This document shows positions 38,288 to 48,215 of a stretch of 64,000 nt of DNA, piece by piece. The notes beneath the pieces are model-generated. The model worked only from the letters and a program-made list of their open reading frames with translations, was not told the origin of the DNA and made no database searches. The position numbers and the translations under genes are program-made. The stretch lies in sequence record SRR20825019_2407; one strand, 5' to 3'. Numbering within the stretch: the first letter of the stretch is position 1; every line of letters begins with the position of its first letter.

Positions 38288-39208
38288 TCAGGCGCGTGCG
38301 CCAACCTGCTGGGCGATAGATGTTGCTGCCCCTCGTGATACAGCAGCAGCTTGCACACCTCCGGTACTATGCTGCAGGGCAAGTGCGGAGATCTGCGGTG
38401 CATCAAACGCATCAAGCGCAGCAACCCCCATCGTGGGCAGGAAACCAACATTCAGGTGCTGGTCAGCCTGCGTGGCCGCAGCGCAAACCTGACAACCGGC
38501 CGCAAGGGCTTCAAGCACCGTGGCACCAGCCGCCCCCACATAAGTGCGGGCACCGCCGAGAAGCGCGGCCATATCCGGTGCACGTAAAATCTTTACCTTA
38601 TCACCATCAAGCGCAAGCAGTGCCGCGCAAGGTTCCTGATAGGAGGGGATAGGCACATAAATCGGCTCGTCGGTCTGGGCTGCAAGCCCTGCAGCAACTG
38701 GCGCCGCCAAGCTGCCATCATCCGTACCGCCAAAACTCACCACATAGCCCCGCCGGGCGTCTTGCGGTTTGGCATTCTCAAAGAACACATCATCGATGAG
38801 TGAATAAGAAGGTCCGCGCAAAATTTCCTGCGCTTTATAAGCGGAATAATCCAGATCAAGTGCATAGAGGTTGGGGTTGATGACAAAATCACACGTGACC
38901 GGGCGCTCAGCAAGATCATCGATCACACAACTGATACGAGCCGTCGCGCATATTGCGCTGACCTCTTCAGCCGAAAAACTGCATGTATCCATAATGAGCA
39001 GGTCATGTGTCGCCGGTAGTTCAGCAACCGGACGCGCGGTGAACCCCATCGCGCTCACAAGATCACTACCTTCGCCGCTCGTGACAAAAACGTCGCAAGC
39101 AACACCTTGGGCAACAAAGGCACGGGCGAGGGTCAAGGTCCGGCGGACCCTGCCAAGGCCGGACTTCTTACCACATTCAATAATGATCGACGCCTGCGTC
39201 ACATTCAT
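38288..39208 (-). CDS. PseG/SpsG-like GT-B protein (UDP-sugar hydrolase homologue)
   Basis: GLGRVRRTL.LA, IDDLAER, INPNL, GPSYSL, VSFGGTD, AAGAT..E. Located upstream of pseI. Confidence 0.75.
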   Translation of the reverse strand: MNVTQASIIIECGKKSGLGRVRRTLTLARAFVAQGVACDVFVTSGEGSDLVSAMGFTARPVAELPATHDLLIMDTCSFSAEEVSAICATARISCVIDDLAERPVTCDFVINPNLYALDLDYSAYKAQEILRGPSYSLIDDVFFENAKPQDARRGYVVSFGGTDDGSLAAPVAAGLAAQTDEPIYVPIPSYQEPCAALLALDGDKVKILRAPDMAALLGGARTYVGAAGATVLEALAAGCQVCAAATQADQHLNVGFLPTMGVAALDAFDAPQISALALQHSTGGVQAAAVSRGAATSIAQQVGARA

Positions 39209-39468
39209 CTCCCAGTTTCAGACATCTCGGCAACACCCTGCCGCATCTCAACAATGTCTGAAGCACCCATATTGAATGCCACTATGCATACTATATGCCA
39301 AGCGTTAATAAACTACATCCTAAAGAGAAATTGGAACGAAGCCTCCAAAACCGCGCTTATCAAGCCTGCAGAATCTGCCCTAACGAAGCCTCAACTGGCG
39401 AAACTTGCCGCGCTTGCGCCAAAGAGCTATGGTGCGCGCTCATCAGCTATATGGAAACTGAAACCACC

Positions 39469-40704
39469 ATGCCAGACGCAGCCAATGCCGTAGATTTTGC
39501 CATCATTGGCGCCGGGCCTGCGGGCCTGATGGCAGCAGAGATATTGTGCGCCGCGGGCCACAAACCTCATATATTCGAAGCAATGCCGACGCCTGCGCGC
39601 AAATTCCTCATGGCGGGGAAGTCGGGGCTTAACATTACGCACAGCGAAGCGCTGGAAAGCTTCCTCACGCGCTATGGTGCTGCTGAACCCCAGCTTGAGA
39701 AAGCAATTCGTGCCTTTTCTCCCGATGATATCGGGGCATGGGCCAATGATCTCGGCGTTGAGACCTTCACAGGAAGTTCCGGCCGGATATTTCCGACCGT
39801 GTTTAAGGCTTCTCCCTTGTTGCGGAGCTGGCTCAAACGTCTGGAACAGGGCGGGGCCAACCTTCATACTCGGCATCGCTGGCGTGGCTTCGCTGATCCG
39901 AGCAATTTGATATTTGATACGCCGGAGGGGGAAAAAACCATCTCCGCACACACCGTGCTTTTTGCGCTTGGTGGTGCCAGTTGGCCAAAACTTGGCTCAA
40001 ACGGCGACTGGCAACAGGCGTTCAAGGGCGCAGGCATCACTCTCGCTGAATTCCAACCGTCCAACTGCGGTTTTGACAGCAGCTGGAGTGCGTTTTTCTC
40101 CGACCGCTTTGCTGGTGAGCCGATTAAGAACGTAAAACTAAGCTTTCAGGAGCAGACCGTTCAGGGTGATTTTATTGTCACAAAAAGCGGGGTGGAGGGC
40201 AGTGCGATCTATGCACTCTCAGCCGCGATAAGGGCTGCGCTGGTGAAGGGCGACGACGCCTCCATCACCATCGACCTCACGCCTGATCGCTCCACCGAAC
40301 GGTTAACCACTGCCTTGTCTCAAGGGCGGGGCAAAAAGTCCTTTTCCACGTTTTTGAAGAAGGCGACCGGACTTATTGGTGTGAAGGCCGGTCTGTTGCG
40401 GGAAGCTGACCCGGGTGCACATACCCTTGAAGCCGATGCGCTGGCCACGCTTATAAAGGCACTGCCTATCAGGCTCATTCGACCCCGGCCACTGGCAGAA
40501 GCGATCAGCTCGGCTGGGGGTGTTGTATTTGGCGCACTGGATGAGAACCTGATGATAAAGACAAGGCCCGGCCACTTCTGCGCCGGTGAAATGATCAATT
40601 GGGACGCACCAACAGGTGGCTACCTGCTCACTGCCTGTTTTGCACAAGGCCGTCAGGCGGCAAATGGCATGCTCAACTGGCATGAAAAGCATCATTCTAA
40701 ATAG
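39469..40704 (+). CDS. HI0933/TIGR03862-type flavoprotein oxidoreductase
   Basis: IGAGPAGLMAA, RKFLMAGKSGLNITH, ALGGASWP, AISSAGGV, DAPTGGYLLT. Confidence 0.88.
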   Translation: MPDAANAVDFAIIGAGPAGLMAAEILCAAGHKPHIFEAMPTPARKFLMAGKSGLNITHSEALESFLTRYGAAEPQLEKAIRAFSPDDIGAWANDLGVETFTGSSGRIFPTVFKASPLLRSWLKRLEQGGANLHTRHRWRGFADPSNLIFDTPEGEKTISAHTVLFALGGASWPKLGSNGDWQQAFKGAGITLAEFQPSNCGFDSSWSAFFSDRFAGEPIKNVKLSFQEQTVQGDFIVTKSGVEGSAIYALSAAIRAALVKGDDASITIDLTPDRSTERLTTALSQGRGKKSFSTFLKKATGLIGVKAGLLREADPGAHTLEADALATLIKALPIRLIRPRPLAEAISSAGGVVFGALDENLMIKTRPGHFCAGEMINWDAPTGGYLLTACFAQGRQAANGMLNWHEKHHSK

Positions 40705-40776
40705 TTGGTGTCTTTCAACGCATCCTTAACGTTTTCGTGGCCAGAATAGCCGCGCAAACAAAAGGCTGTACAATCA

Positions 40777-43572
40777 GTGATGTCCCAATCTCTCACTGCG
40801 GCGCTTCGGCCTAAACCGCCGAAGCATTTCCTGCTACAGCTCGTGCTAGTGGCCATGCTTTATTTTGCCACCGGCAAACTTGGCCTCTTTCTCGCAACCG
40901 ATAATGATTATTCAACCCTCATCTGGCCACCGTCAGGCATAGCCCTTGGCGCCATACTGCTTCTTGGGTACCGCGTCTGGCCCGCCATCATGCTCGGGGC
41001 GTTTGCGACCAATGTTTCCTTCAGTATTGAAAGCATGACACTGGTCGACATTCTTATTACCCAGCCACAAAACTACTTTATTGCCGTTGGCAACACCGGA
41101 CAGCCGTTGCTGGCGGCTTATCTCTTGCGCAGGTATAACGCCTATCCAAACCCGCTCACACAATTTGCAAAGATCGTACAGTTTTACCTGATGGCGGGGC
41201 CCCTGGCTTGCTTGGTCGCAGCAAGTGTTGGTGCGGGCAGTCTGTACCTCTTTGGGGTTATCCCGGCGGCAGACGTCTTCAACACCTGGGGCACCTGGTG
41301 GATCGGCGACACCAATGGTGTGATCCTTATTACCCCGCTTATTATCGCCTGGGGCCTGCCGCGTGATAACGCATGGATGCTGCGGCGTGTTGCCGTTACA
41401 TCCGGCCTGCTTCTTGTCCTGCTGATGCTCAGCATTTTTGTCTTTCATTCTCGCAAATGGAATGAAGACGAATTGCAAAAACGTGTTGCTTTCGAGGCTG
41501 ATACCATCGCCCGTGCATTAGAGGGCGAAGTGGCAAATGCGGTCACGACTGTATATGGCCTTGGTGGCGTGATGGCCCTGGCGCCTGGCATTCGTTTTGA
41601 AGAGTTTCAGACCTATGCCCGCACACTGCTCGGCCGAGCACCGGGCCTTTCCGGTCTTTCTTGGAACCCTCATATTGCCCATGCTGATCGTGTATGGCAT
41701 GAGGCGCGGCTATCACGCGACTATGGCGGAGAACGTACGATCACCGAGCGTGGGCCTGACGGTGAGTTAACGGTCGCAACGCCCGCAGGGGAATATGTTT
41801 ATGTTCATTTTCTGGAGCCTCTTGCCGGCAGCGAAAACGCGGTGGGTTTCAACATATGGTCAAACACCGCGCGGCGTACCTCAATCAATAAAGCGAGGGA
41901 GATAAACAGTGCGGTGATCACACCCCGCATCTCGCTCGTACAGGGCACATATGGCGCTTTGATCCTTTTGCCTGTCAAAAACAACGACATGATTTCCGGA
42001 TACGCGACCGGTGTACTGCGGATCTCCCACGTTGTCGAAAAAGCCATGGTCGCCGCGTCAGCGCGTGGCCTTTATATAGACCTCAACGACCCTGACGCCG
42101 AAGCGGACCGCGCTGAGCTTTATAGTGGCTTCCCTCTTGATGCGCCACCCAGAGACAAGAAGCGGGATAGCCTGACACACACGAAAAACATAAAGGTCGC
42201 TGACCGCACATGGCAATTGAGCGTTACACCAACCGATAGCTATGTCTTCGCCTACCGCTCCAAGACCTCGTGGCTGGTGATGCTTGCGGTCTGGACGTCT
42301 GCGGCAACTCTTGGTGTGCTTTTCCTTGTACTTACAGGCCGACACTTTGAAACCGAACGCCTTGTGGCGGAACGCACGGAAGAACTTATTCTGGCCAACC
42401 GCGCCAAAACTGATTTCCTTGCAAACATGAGCCATGAGATCCGAACACCGATGAACGGCGTTCTCGGTATGCTCAATCTGCTGGAAGACGGGAAGCTGTC
42501 TGACGAACAGAAGGAGCTTGTCGGCGTGGCTCATAAGTCAGCCAAGTCACTTCTGGTTGTCATTAACGACATTCTCGATTTCTCAAAACTGCAGAAAGGC
42601 GAGGTTAAGTTCACGGCAGAACCGCTGGAGCTAGAGCTGGTAGTGGCCGACACCATACAGCTCCTTCACCCGACAGCAGCTGAAAAAGGCCTGCAGTTGA
42701 ACTTCCGAAGCGGACCGCCGCAAACCTTGCCTGTTGAGTTTGATCGCGCGCGACTGCAGCAGATACTTTTTAACATCATCGGGAACGCAATAAAGTTTAC
42801 GGACGCTGGCAAAGTTGACGTTGATATTGCTGTCACTGCTCAACGGTTCAATAAAGCTAAAGCAACCATCACGGTGAGGGACACCGGCATTGGTATCGAC
42901 GAAAAAGACCAGAAGCGCATATTCGACCGCTTTGTGCAGGTAGACGGCTCTTCAGCCCGCCGATACCAAGGGTCTGGCCTTGGTTTGGCCATCAGTCGCC
43001 AGCTGGTGGAGCATCTAGGTGGTACCTTGTCGCTGGAAAGTACTTTGGGTGAAGGCACGACCGTGACCATTCACCTGCCGGACCTGACCCGGAGTGAGCG
43101 TGAAGGGCGCGAGATAAAAGCCGAAGTACCCAAGATCACATCTGCGCGCAAGGCGCTGAAGGTGCTGGTAGCCGAGGACAATATGGTCAATCAGATGTTG
43201 GTTCAAAAACTGCTTACCCGGCATGGGCATAGCGCTGTGATGGCCTCAAATGGGGCCGAGGCCGTGAAGACTCTAGAGCATATGGCGAAAGACAAAGCAT
43301 CGCTGCCTGATCTGGTGCTGATGGATATCCAGATGCCTGAAGTTGATGGTATTGAAGCAACCAGGCGCATTCGCGCGTCCGGCGGTGTTTTGGCAAATCT
43401 TCCCATCATCGCCCTCACGGCCAATGCCTTGCCGGAGCAACACGCGAGCTACCTGGAAGCAGGGATGAACGACTGCATCAACAAGCCCATAGAGTTTGCA
43501 AAATTCTATGGCGTGATCGCCGCTGTGTTGGGCCTGAAGGTTTATGACCTTGCGGAACGCCGACAGGGATGA
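40777..43572 (+). CDS. Hybrid sensor histidine kinase (MASE1-CHASE-HisKA-HATPase-REC)
   Basis: IWPPSG/WWIGD (MASE1), FLANMSHEIRTPMNG, NAIKFT, GSGLGL, AEDNMVNQ, LMDIQMP. Confidence 0.93.
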   Translation: MMSQSLTAALRPKPPKHFLLQLVLVAMLYFATGKLGLFLATDNDYSTLIWPPSGIALGAILLLGYRVWPAIMLGAFATNVSFSIESMTLVDILITQPQNYFIAVGNTGQPLLAAYLLRRYNAYPNPLTQFAKIVQFYLMAGPLACLVAASVGAGSLYLFGVIPAADVFNTWGTWWIGDTNGVILITPLIIAWGLPRDNAWMLRRVAVTSGLLLVLLMLSIFVFHSRKWNEDELQKRVAFEADTIARALEGEVANAVTTVYGLGGVMALAPGIRFEEFQTYARTLLGRAPGLSGLSWNPHIAHADRVWHEARLSRDYGGERTITERGPDGELTVATPAGEYVYVHFLEPLAGSENAVGFNIWSNTARRTSINKAREINSAVITPRISLVQGTYGALILLPVKNNDMISGYATGVLRISHVVEKAMVAASARGLYIDLNDPDAEADRAELYSGFPLDAPPRDKKRDSLTHTKNIKVADRTWQLSVTPTDSYVFAYRSKTSWLVMLAVWTSAATLGVLFLVLTGRHFETERLVAERTEELILANRAKTDFLANMSHEIRTPMNGVLGMLNLLEDGKLSDEQKELVGVAHKSAKSLLVVINDILDFSKLQKGEVKFTAEPLELELVVADTIQLLHPTAAEKGLQLNFRSGPPQTLPVEFDRARLQQILFNIIGNAIKFTDAGKVDVDIAVTAQRFNKAKATITVRDTGIGIDEKDQKRIFDRFVQVDGSSARRYQGSGLGLAISRQLVEHLGGTLSLESTLGEGTTVTIHLPDLTRSEREGREIKAEVPKITSARKALKVLVAEDNMVNQMLVQKLLTRHGHSAVMASNGAEAVKTLEHMAKDKASLPDLVLMDIQMPEVDGIEATRRIRASGGVLANLPIIALTANALPEQHASYLEAGMNDCINKPIEFAKFYGVIAAVLGLKVYDLAERRQG

Positions 43573-43667
43573 CCCAGGACGCTTATCTGCATTGCGAATT
43601 GACAACCGCCGCCAAGTAGCGAAATTTGACAGCAAGATTTTACCGCTTTGCCTGTCAGGAGACGCCC

Positions 43668-44561
43668 TTGCCATCGCTCACCCCCTTTTTAAAACTCATG
43701 GTTTTGGCCTTGGTGCTACCCATCAGCACAGCAAGCTATGCTCAAGACCCGGTTCATTCTGACCCTCTGGAGATTGACCGCACCGCACCCCCCGGCCTTG
43801 TTGAACTCACGGTCCCAAGCGGTGGACACGACATGGTTGGGCACCTGTATACCGCGAACGGACCCGGCCCTCACGCCACGGTGGTCATGCTCCACGGTTT
43901 CCCCGGCAACGAGAAGAACCTTGATCTCGCGCAGGCCCTCAGGCGCGCCGGGTTCAATACGCTTTATTTTCATTACCGCGGCGCGTGGGGCAGTGGTGGC
44001 ACCTATAGCGCCCAACATGTGATTGAGGACGCGCATGCGGCTCTCGCTTACGTGCGGGCACAAGGTAAGGCGGGGAAATTCAGGATCGACCCGGCGCGTA
44101 TCAGCCTTTTTGGGCACAGCCTTGGTGGGTTTAATGCCATCATCACCGGCGCGGATGATAAAGACGTCAGATGCACAGTCGCGGCCGCACCAGCTGACCT
44201 TGTCCCCTTCGTGAAAACTGCCACAAGCGATGTTGTCTCTGGCACTGATGCTGAAGCGCCAGTACCAGGGCTTGATGGATATTCTTTCGCTGATCTGGTG
44301 CGGGAAACAAAAGAAAATGCAGCTACGTTTAGCCTTGTGCCCCGAATGGCCGCCTTTGGCGGCAGGGCCCTGATGATTGTATCTGGTGACAAGGACAATG
44401 TGGTCCCGCTGGAGACGCAAACACCGCTTGCTGGTGCTGCGCGAGCGGCTGGTGCAGACCCCTTTGTGCACGCCGTTCTGGATGCGGATCACGGTTTTTC
44501 ATGGGGCCGTTTCAAGTTCATGGACACAGTCGTGCCGTGGATGCAGCAAAACTGCCAATAA
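43668..44561 (+). CDS. Secreted alpha/beta hydrolase
   Basis: Signal peptide, HGFPGNEKNLD, GHSLGG, D..V, DHGF. Probable TTG start at 43668 after CAGGAG. Confidence 0.82.
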   Translation: MPSLTPFLKLMVLALVLPISTASYAQDPVHSDPLEIDRTAPPGLVELTVPSGGHDMVGHLYTANGPGPHATVVMLHGFPGNEKNLDLAQALRRAGFNTLYFHYRGAWGSGGTYSAQHVIEDAHAALAYVRAQGKAGKFRIDPARISLFGHSLGGFNAIITGADDKDVRCTVAAAPADLVPFVKTATSDVVSGTDAEAPVPGLDGYSFADLVRETKENAATFSLVPRMAAFGGRALMIVSGDKDNVVPLETQTPLAGAARAAGADPFVHAVLDADHGFSWGRFKFMDTVVPWMQQNCQ

Positions 44562-44582
44562 AACAGCTGAGGAAAATCAGAT

Positions 44583-45560
44583 ATGAAACACCAGTTGAAC
44601 TTTCGCGCCTTATTCGTCGCATGCACGTTATTGATGCCCGCGCTTTTCTCGGCCCAGGCCGCCGCCGACAACACCATCTATCTGGTTCGCCATGCGGAAA
44701 AGGTGCTGGACGGCACCCGTGACCCTGCCCTCACGACGGAGGGGGAGGCCCGCGCACACTGGCTCGCCACCTATTTCAAAGACAAGGGTATTAAAACCAT
44801 ACTCTCAACGGATTATGCCCGCACCCGCGATACAGCACTGCCAACGGCCAATGATCAGAACGTGAGCATCGCGCTATATGACCCGCGCGACCTCAAGAGC
44901 TTCGCTGTCGACCTGAAAGCTCTTGAAGGCACGGTCCTTGTTGCAGGGCACAGTAACACCACACCGGTGCTTGCTGGCTTATTGGTAGGTGAAGACCGTG
45001 AGGAACTGGATGAGCGTGTCTATGACCATATTTATATCGTCACCCTCGCCGATAACGGCAGCGCCAGCCTGACAATTGGGTATAGCGAACCCAGAACCGT
45101 GCTTGAAGTGGCCGAGTTGAAAGCCGCTATTGACGCACGGCTTGGCGTGATGGAAGAGGTGGCGCACTATAAGTGGGCAAACAACCTCGCCATCGAGGCG
45201 CCTGAGCGCGAGGCGGCTGTTCTTCGTGCAACTGTCACGCAAGCAACAGCGCTTGGTCTCGGTGCCAGAGACGCAGAAAGCGCCGTGAAAGCCCAGATGG
45301 CAGCTTCCAGGCTCCTGCAAGCGTCATACTTTGAAACTTGGAAAGCCGCACCACCAACTGGCCCGGTGCCCGACCTGGAAGGTAGTTTACGCCCTAGGAT
45401 CAGTGCACTGACAGAAACATTCTTGAACGCTTTGAAAGCCGCCGAACCATATCTCAAAACCTGCCACACCGCCGCCCCACTTTCGCGCACAGATATGACC
45501 ACACCTGAGGTATGGAATGCCGCGACAACGGTCCTGTTGCCAAAGGGTGGATGTTCATGA
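44583..45560 (+). CDS. Secreted histidine-phosphatase-family domain fused to an AroQ-gamma chorismate mutase domain
   Basis: Signal peptide, LVRHAEK...STDYARTRDT...GHSNT, then IDARLGVMEEVAHYKWANNLAIEAPERE...PDL...LRPRI. Confidence 0.75.
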   Translation: MKHQLNFRALFVACTLLMPALFSAQAAADNTIYLVRHAEKVLDGTRDPALTTEGEARAHWLATYFKDKGIKTILSTDYARTRDTALPTANDQNVSIALYDPRDLKSFAVDLKALEGTVLVAGHSNTTPVLAGLLVGEDREELDERVYDHIYIVTLADNGSASLTIGYSEPRTVLEVAELKAAIDARLGVMEEVAHYKWANNLAIEAPEREAAVLRATVTQATALGLGARDAESAVKAQMAASRLLQASYFETWKAAPPTGPVPDLEGSLRPRISALTETFLNALKAAEPYLKTCHTAAPLSRTDMTTPEVWNAATTVLLPKGGCS

Positions 45561-45585
45561 TTTTGGGCCGAATTTTGGGCGAGGC

Positions 45586-46800
45586 CTAGATGGCCTCCCC
45601 AAACGGATCATCGATGCTATGGCTAGGCTCGGTAAACCATTTTGGCCCGTCTTCGGTCATATAGAAGTGGTCCTCAAGGCGGACACCAAATTCACCATAA
45701 AGGCATAACATCGGCTCGTTTGAGAAACACATGCCTGGGGCAAGCGGTGTGTCGTCAGACGCTACCAGATACGGCCATTCATGGATATCAAGCCCAATAC
45801 CGTGCCCGGTGCGGTGCGGAAGGCCCGGCACATTATAACCGGGGCCGTAACCAACACTTTCCAGATAGGAGCGGGCCGCCATGTCGACGTCCCCGCAGCG
45901 CACACCGATTTTGGCGGCGTTGAATGCCCGCGCTTGTGCTTCCTTCTCATGCGCCCACACGGTGCGCTGTTTCTCGCTCGCTTTGCCAAACACGTAACTG
46001 CGGGTGATATCTGATTTATAACCCAACAGCTCGCACCCGGTATCGATCAGCACCATATCCCCGTCCTTGAGGATTTGCGGGTTTTTCACACCGTGGGGGT
46101 AAGCGGTTGCTTCACCAAACAGCACGATACAAAAGACCGAACCGCCGGGCGCGCCAACCTTCTTGTGTGCTTCATGAATGAAGGCCGTTACCTCTGTTGT
46201 GCTGATGCCCGCCTTCAGGATACGGGCGGTTGCTTTATGTACCTCGATGGTCATGTCTTTCGCGCGCTGCATCAGGGCAATCTCGGCGGCAGACTTATGC
46301 ATGCGGCAAGCGGCGGAGACAGGCCCGGCATTCACAAACTCGGCATCTGGCATGGCTGCGCGCAACCCTTCCGCCAAAAAGAAAGGTGCTGCTTCATCGA
46401 CACCAACACGCCCGGAGATGCCGAGCGTGCCGAACAGGTCGGCAGTCAAAGCATATGGGTCTTCATGTTCCTGCCAGCCATGAACCTTGCCGGGCAGACA
46501 CATGTATTCGTTCAGGGTGCTGACCTCAAAAGCAGGCGCAATATAAACAATATCGCCAGTGCTCGGGATGAGCGCACCGACCATGCGTTCACTTGGCCAC
46601 CACCGTGTGCCAGTAAAATAATAAAGGTTGGTGCCCGCGTTGATATAAACCGCAGAAAGCCCCTTCTCCCGCATGACCCGCTGTGCCTTTGCAACCCGCG
46701 CTTTAAACTCATTCAGCGCTATAGGCTGTGCGCCCGCTGTCATATCCTTAAGTTTGGCCAATTCTGTTTGCTGGTCTGACCCACCAATACCCCGTGTCAT
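45586..46800 (-). CDS. Xaa-Pro dipeptidase, M24 family
   Basis: IDTGC...SDITR, HRTGHGIGLDIHE, FSNEP, GVRLED. Likely start MTRGIGG at 46800. Confidence 0.92.
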   Translation of the reverse strand: MTRGIGGSDQQTELAKLKDMTAGAQPIALNEFKARVAKAQRVMREKGLSAVYINAGTNLYYFTGTRWWPSERMVGALIPSTGDIVYIAPAFEVSTLNEYMCLPGKVHGWQEHEDPYALTADLFGTLGISGRVGVDEAAPFFLAEGLRAAMPDAEFVNAGPVSAACRMHKSAAEIALMQRAKDMTIEVHKATARILKAGISTTEVTAFIHEAHKKVGAPGGSVFCIVLFGEATAYPHGVKNPQILKDGDMVLIDTGCELLGYKSDITRSYVFGKASEKQRTVWAHEKEAQARAFNAAKIGVRCGDVDMAARSYLESVGYGPGYNVPGLPHRTGHGIGLDIHEWPYLVASDDTPLAPGMCFSNEPMLCLYGEFGVRLEDHFYMTEDGPKWFTEPSHSIDDPFGEAI

Positions 46801-46954
46801 AAACCCATCCTTATTGCTTTTAAAACCCTGATAAGGCGGGAGCCTATCACGTCCGTGGAACACCGAAAGAAAAATTGTATACAAAATGACATTAGGCCGC
46901 GATCCCAGCATATGATAAGCAAAAATGAGGATCATCAGGGGCATACTTTCGCCA

Positions 46955-48106
46955 ATGAACTCAGAGCTGACCATCGTTATTGTTGCAAAGGATGCGGCCA
47001 CAACAATTGGCCGTGCGGTTGCGTCCGCACGAGCTTCAGGTGATTGGCCCATCCTGCTTATTGATGATTGTTCCGGTGACGAAACAATAAAGTCTGCGCA
47101 AGACATGGGTGGGAACCATATCACTGCTCATCAAACAGAACGATCAATCGGTATTGGTAACGCCCGACAAACAGCGCTTGAGTATACCCAAACCGAATTT
47201 GCCATGTGGCTTGATGCGGATGATGAAATACTACCCCACCGTCCAGCCGCCATGCTGCAATCGCTAAAAAATGGGGCCGACCTTTGTTTTGACCCTGCCG
47301 TCCTTTTTGACCCATCTTCAGGGAAAGACACTCAGGCGCTGCCCATACCTGACTTCCTCTCGAAGCCCGACGGCGTCTTGCGCTCGTTTGAACGGAACTG
47401 GATACCCGCACTCACCGGTGGTTTCAGGACCGGGTTTGCTCAAACGGTCGGGTACGACCGCACCTTTAAGTGCGCCGAAGACTATGACTTCCTCTTGCGT
47501 GCGATAACCCAAAACGCAAAAATCGACTTTCTGCGCGACGCAGGGTACCGCTATGCACACTCCCCTACATCTGCATCGCGGAACGTCGAGCTAACACGGG
47601 CTGCGAGCCAAGCTGCACTTGCAAAACACAACTTTAGTGAGATGAGAAGGCGCGTCGAAAACAGCACCCTTCCCGGTTCCGAGCAATATCTTACTCTGGC
47701 CCATATAGCCACAGCACTTGACCTTGAGAATGAATGGAACTCGGTCATCACTAAGCTGGGTAAATCCAGTGAGGCTGTCCCGCCGTATGACCGGTCTGGC
47801 AAGTGGTTATCCGCCTACCTGCGCGCGACGGCTGCCTTGCTTTCCGGAGACCATAGGTTGGCGGCAAGCCTACTCACACCGCTTACGGAAAACGATAACG
47901 CAGCAGATGCACACAACAACCTTGGCATCGCGTTGTGGCATCTCGGCGATCATACCGCCGCCCGAGTTCACTGGCAGAAGGCGCTTGCGATCATGCCACG
48001 ATATTTGGATGCTACCGAGAACCTTCGGGCAGCGAAGCAGCACCCCACACACATCACCCATGCTCCCCTGAGGCGAGCTCCCAGCCGCTCTGGATATAAG
48101 CGCTAA
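46955..48106 (+). CDS. GT2 glycosyltransferase with C-terminal TPR
   Basis: IDDCSGD, GIGNARQ, WLDADD, EDYDF and TPR AHNNLGIAL...ALAIMP. Confidence 0.82.
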   Translation: MNSELTIVIVAKDAATTIGRAVASARASGDWPILLIDDCSGDETIKSAQDMGGNHITAHQTERSIGIGNARQTALEYTQTEFAMWLDADDEILPHRPAAMLQSLKNGADLCFDPAVLFDPSSGKDTQALPIPDFLSKPDGVLRSFERNWIPALTGGFRTGFAQTVGYDRTFKCAEDYDFLLRAITQNAKIDFLRDAGYRYAHSPTSASRNVELTRAASQAALAKHNFSEMRRRVENSTLPGSEQYLTLAHIATALDLENEWNSVITKLGKSSEAVPPYDRSGKWLSAYLRATAALLSGDHRLAASLLTPLTENDNAADAHNNLGIALWHLGDHTAARVHWQKALAIMPRYLDATENLRAAKQHPTHITHAPLRRAPSRSGYKR

Positions 48107-48215
48107 TAATAGGTACCAGTCTATTGCTTAGGTCATTTGCGAGCATTTAATCTTGCGTAACCGCTCCTTTACCAGTTGGTGATAAAGGTTGAGGTGGGGT
48201 TCGGAGACGGTTCGC

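Noticed and set aside
40726-40745. CtrA half-sites upstream of the hybrid kinase (similar ones near 48147 and 60882)
   Set aside because: Only one TTAA half matches at the correct spacing, which is too weak to call.
46801-47124. N-terminal extension of the M24 peptidase ORF overlapping the divergent GT2 gene
   Set aside because: The real start is more plausibly ATG 46800 with an AAGGA RBS, which removes the overlap.
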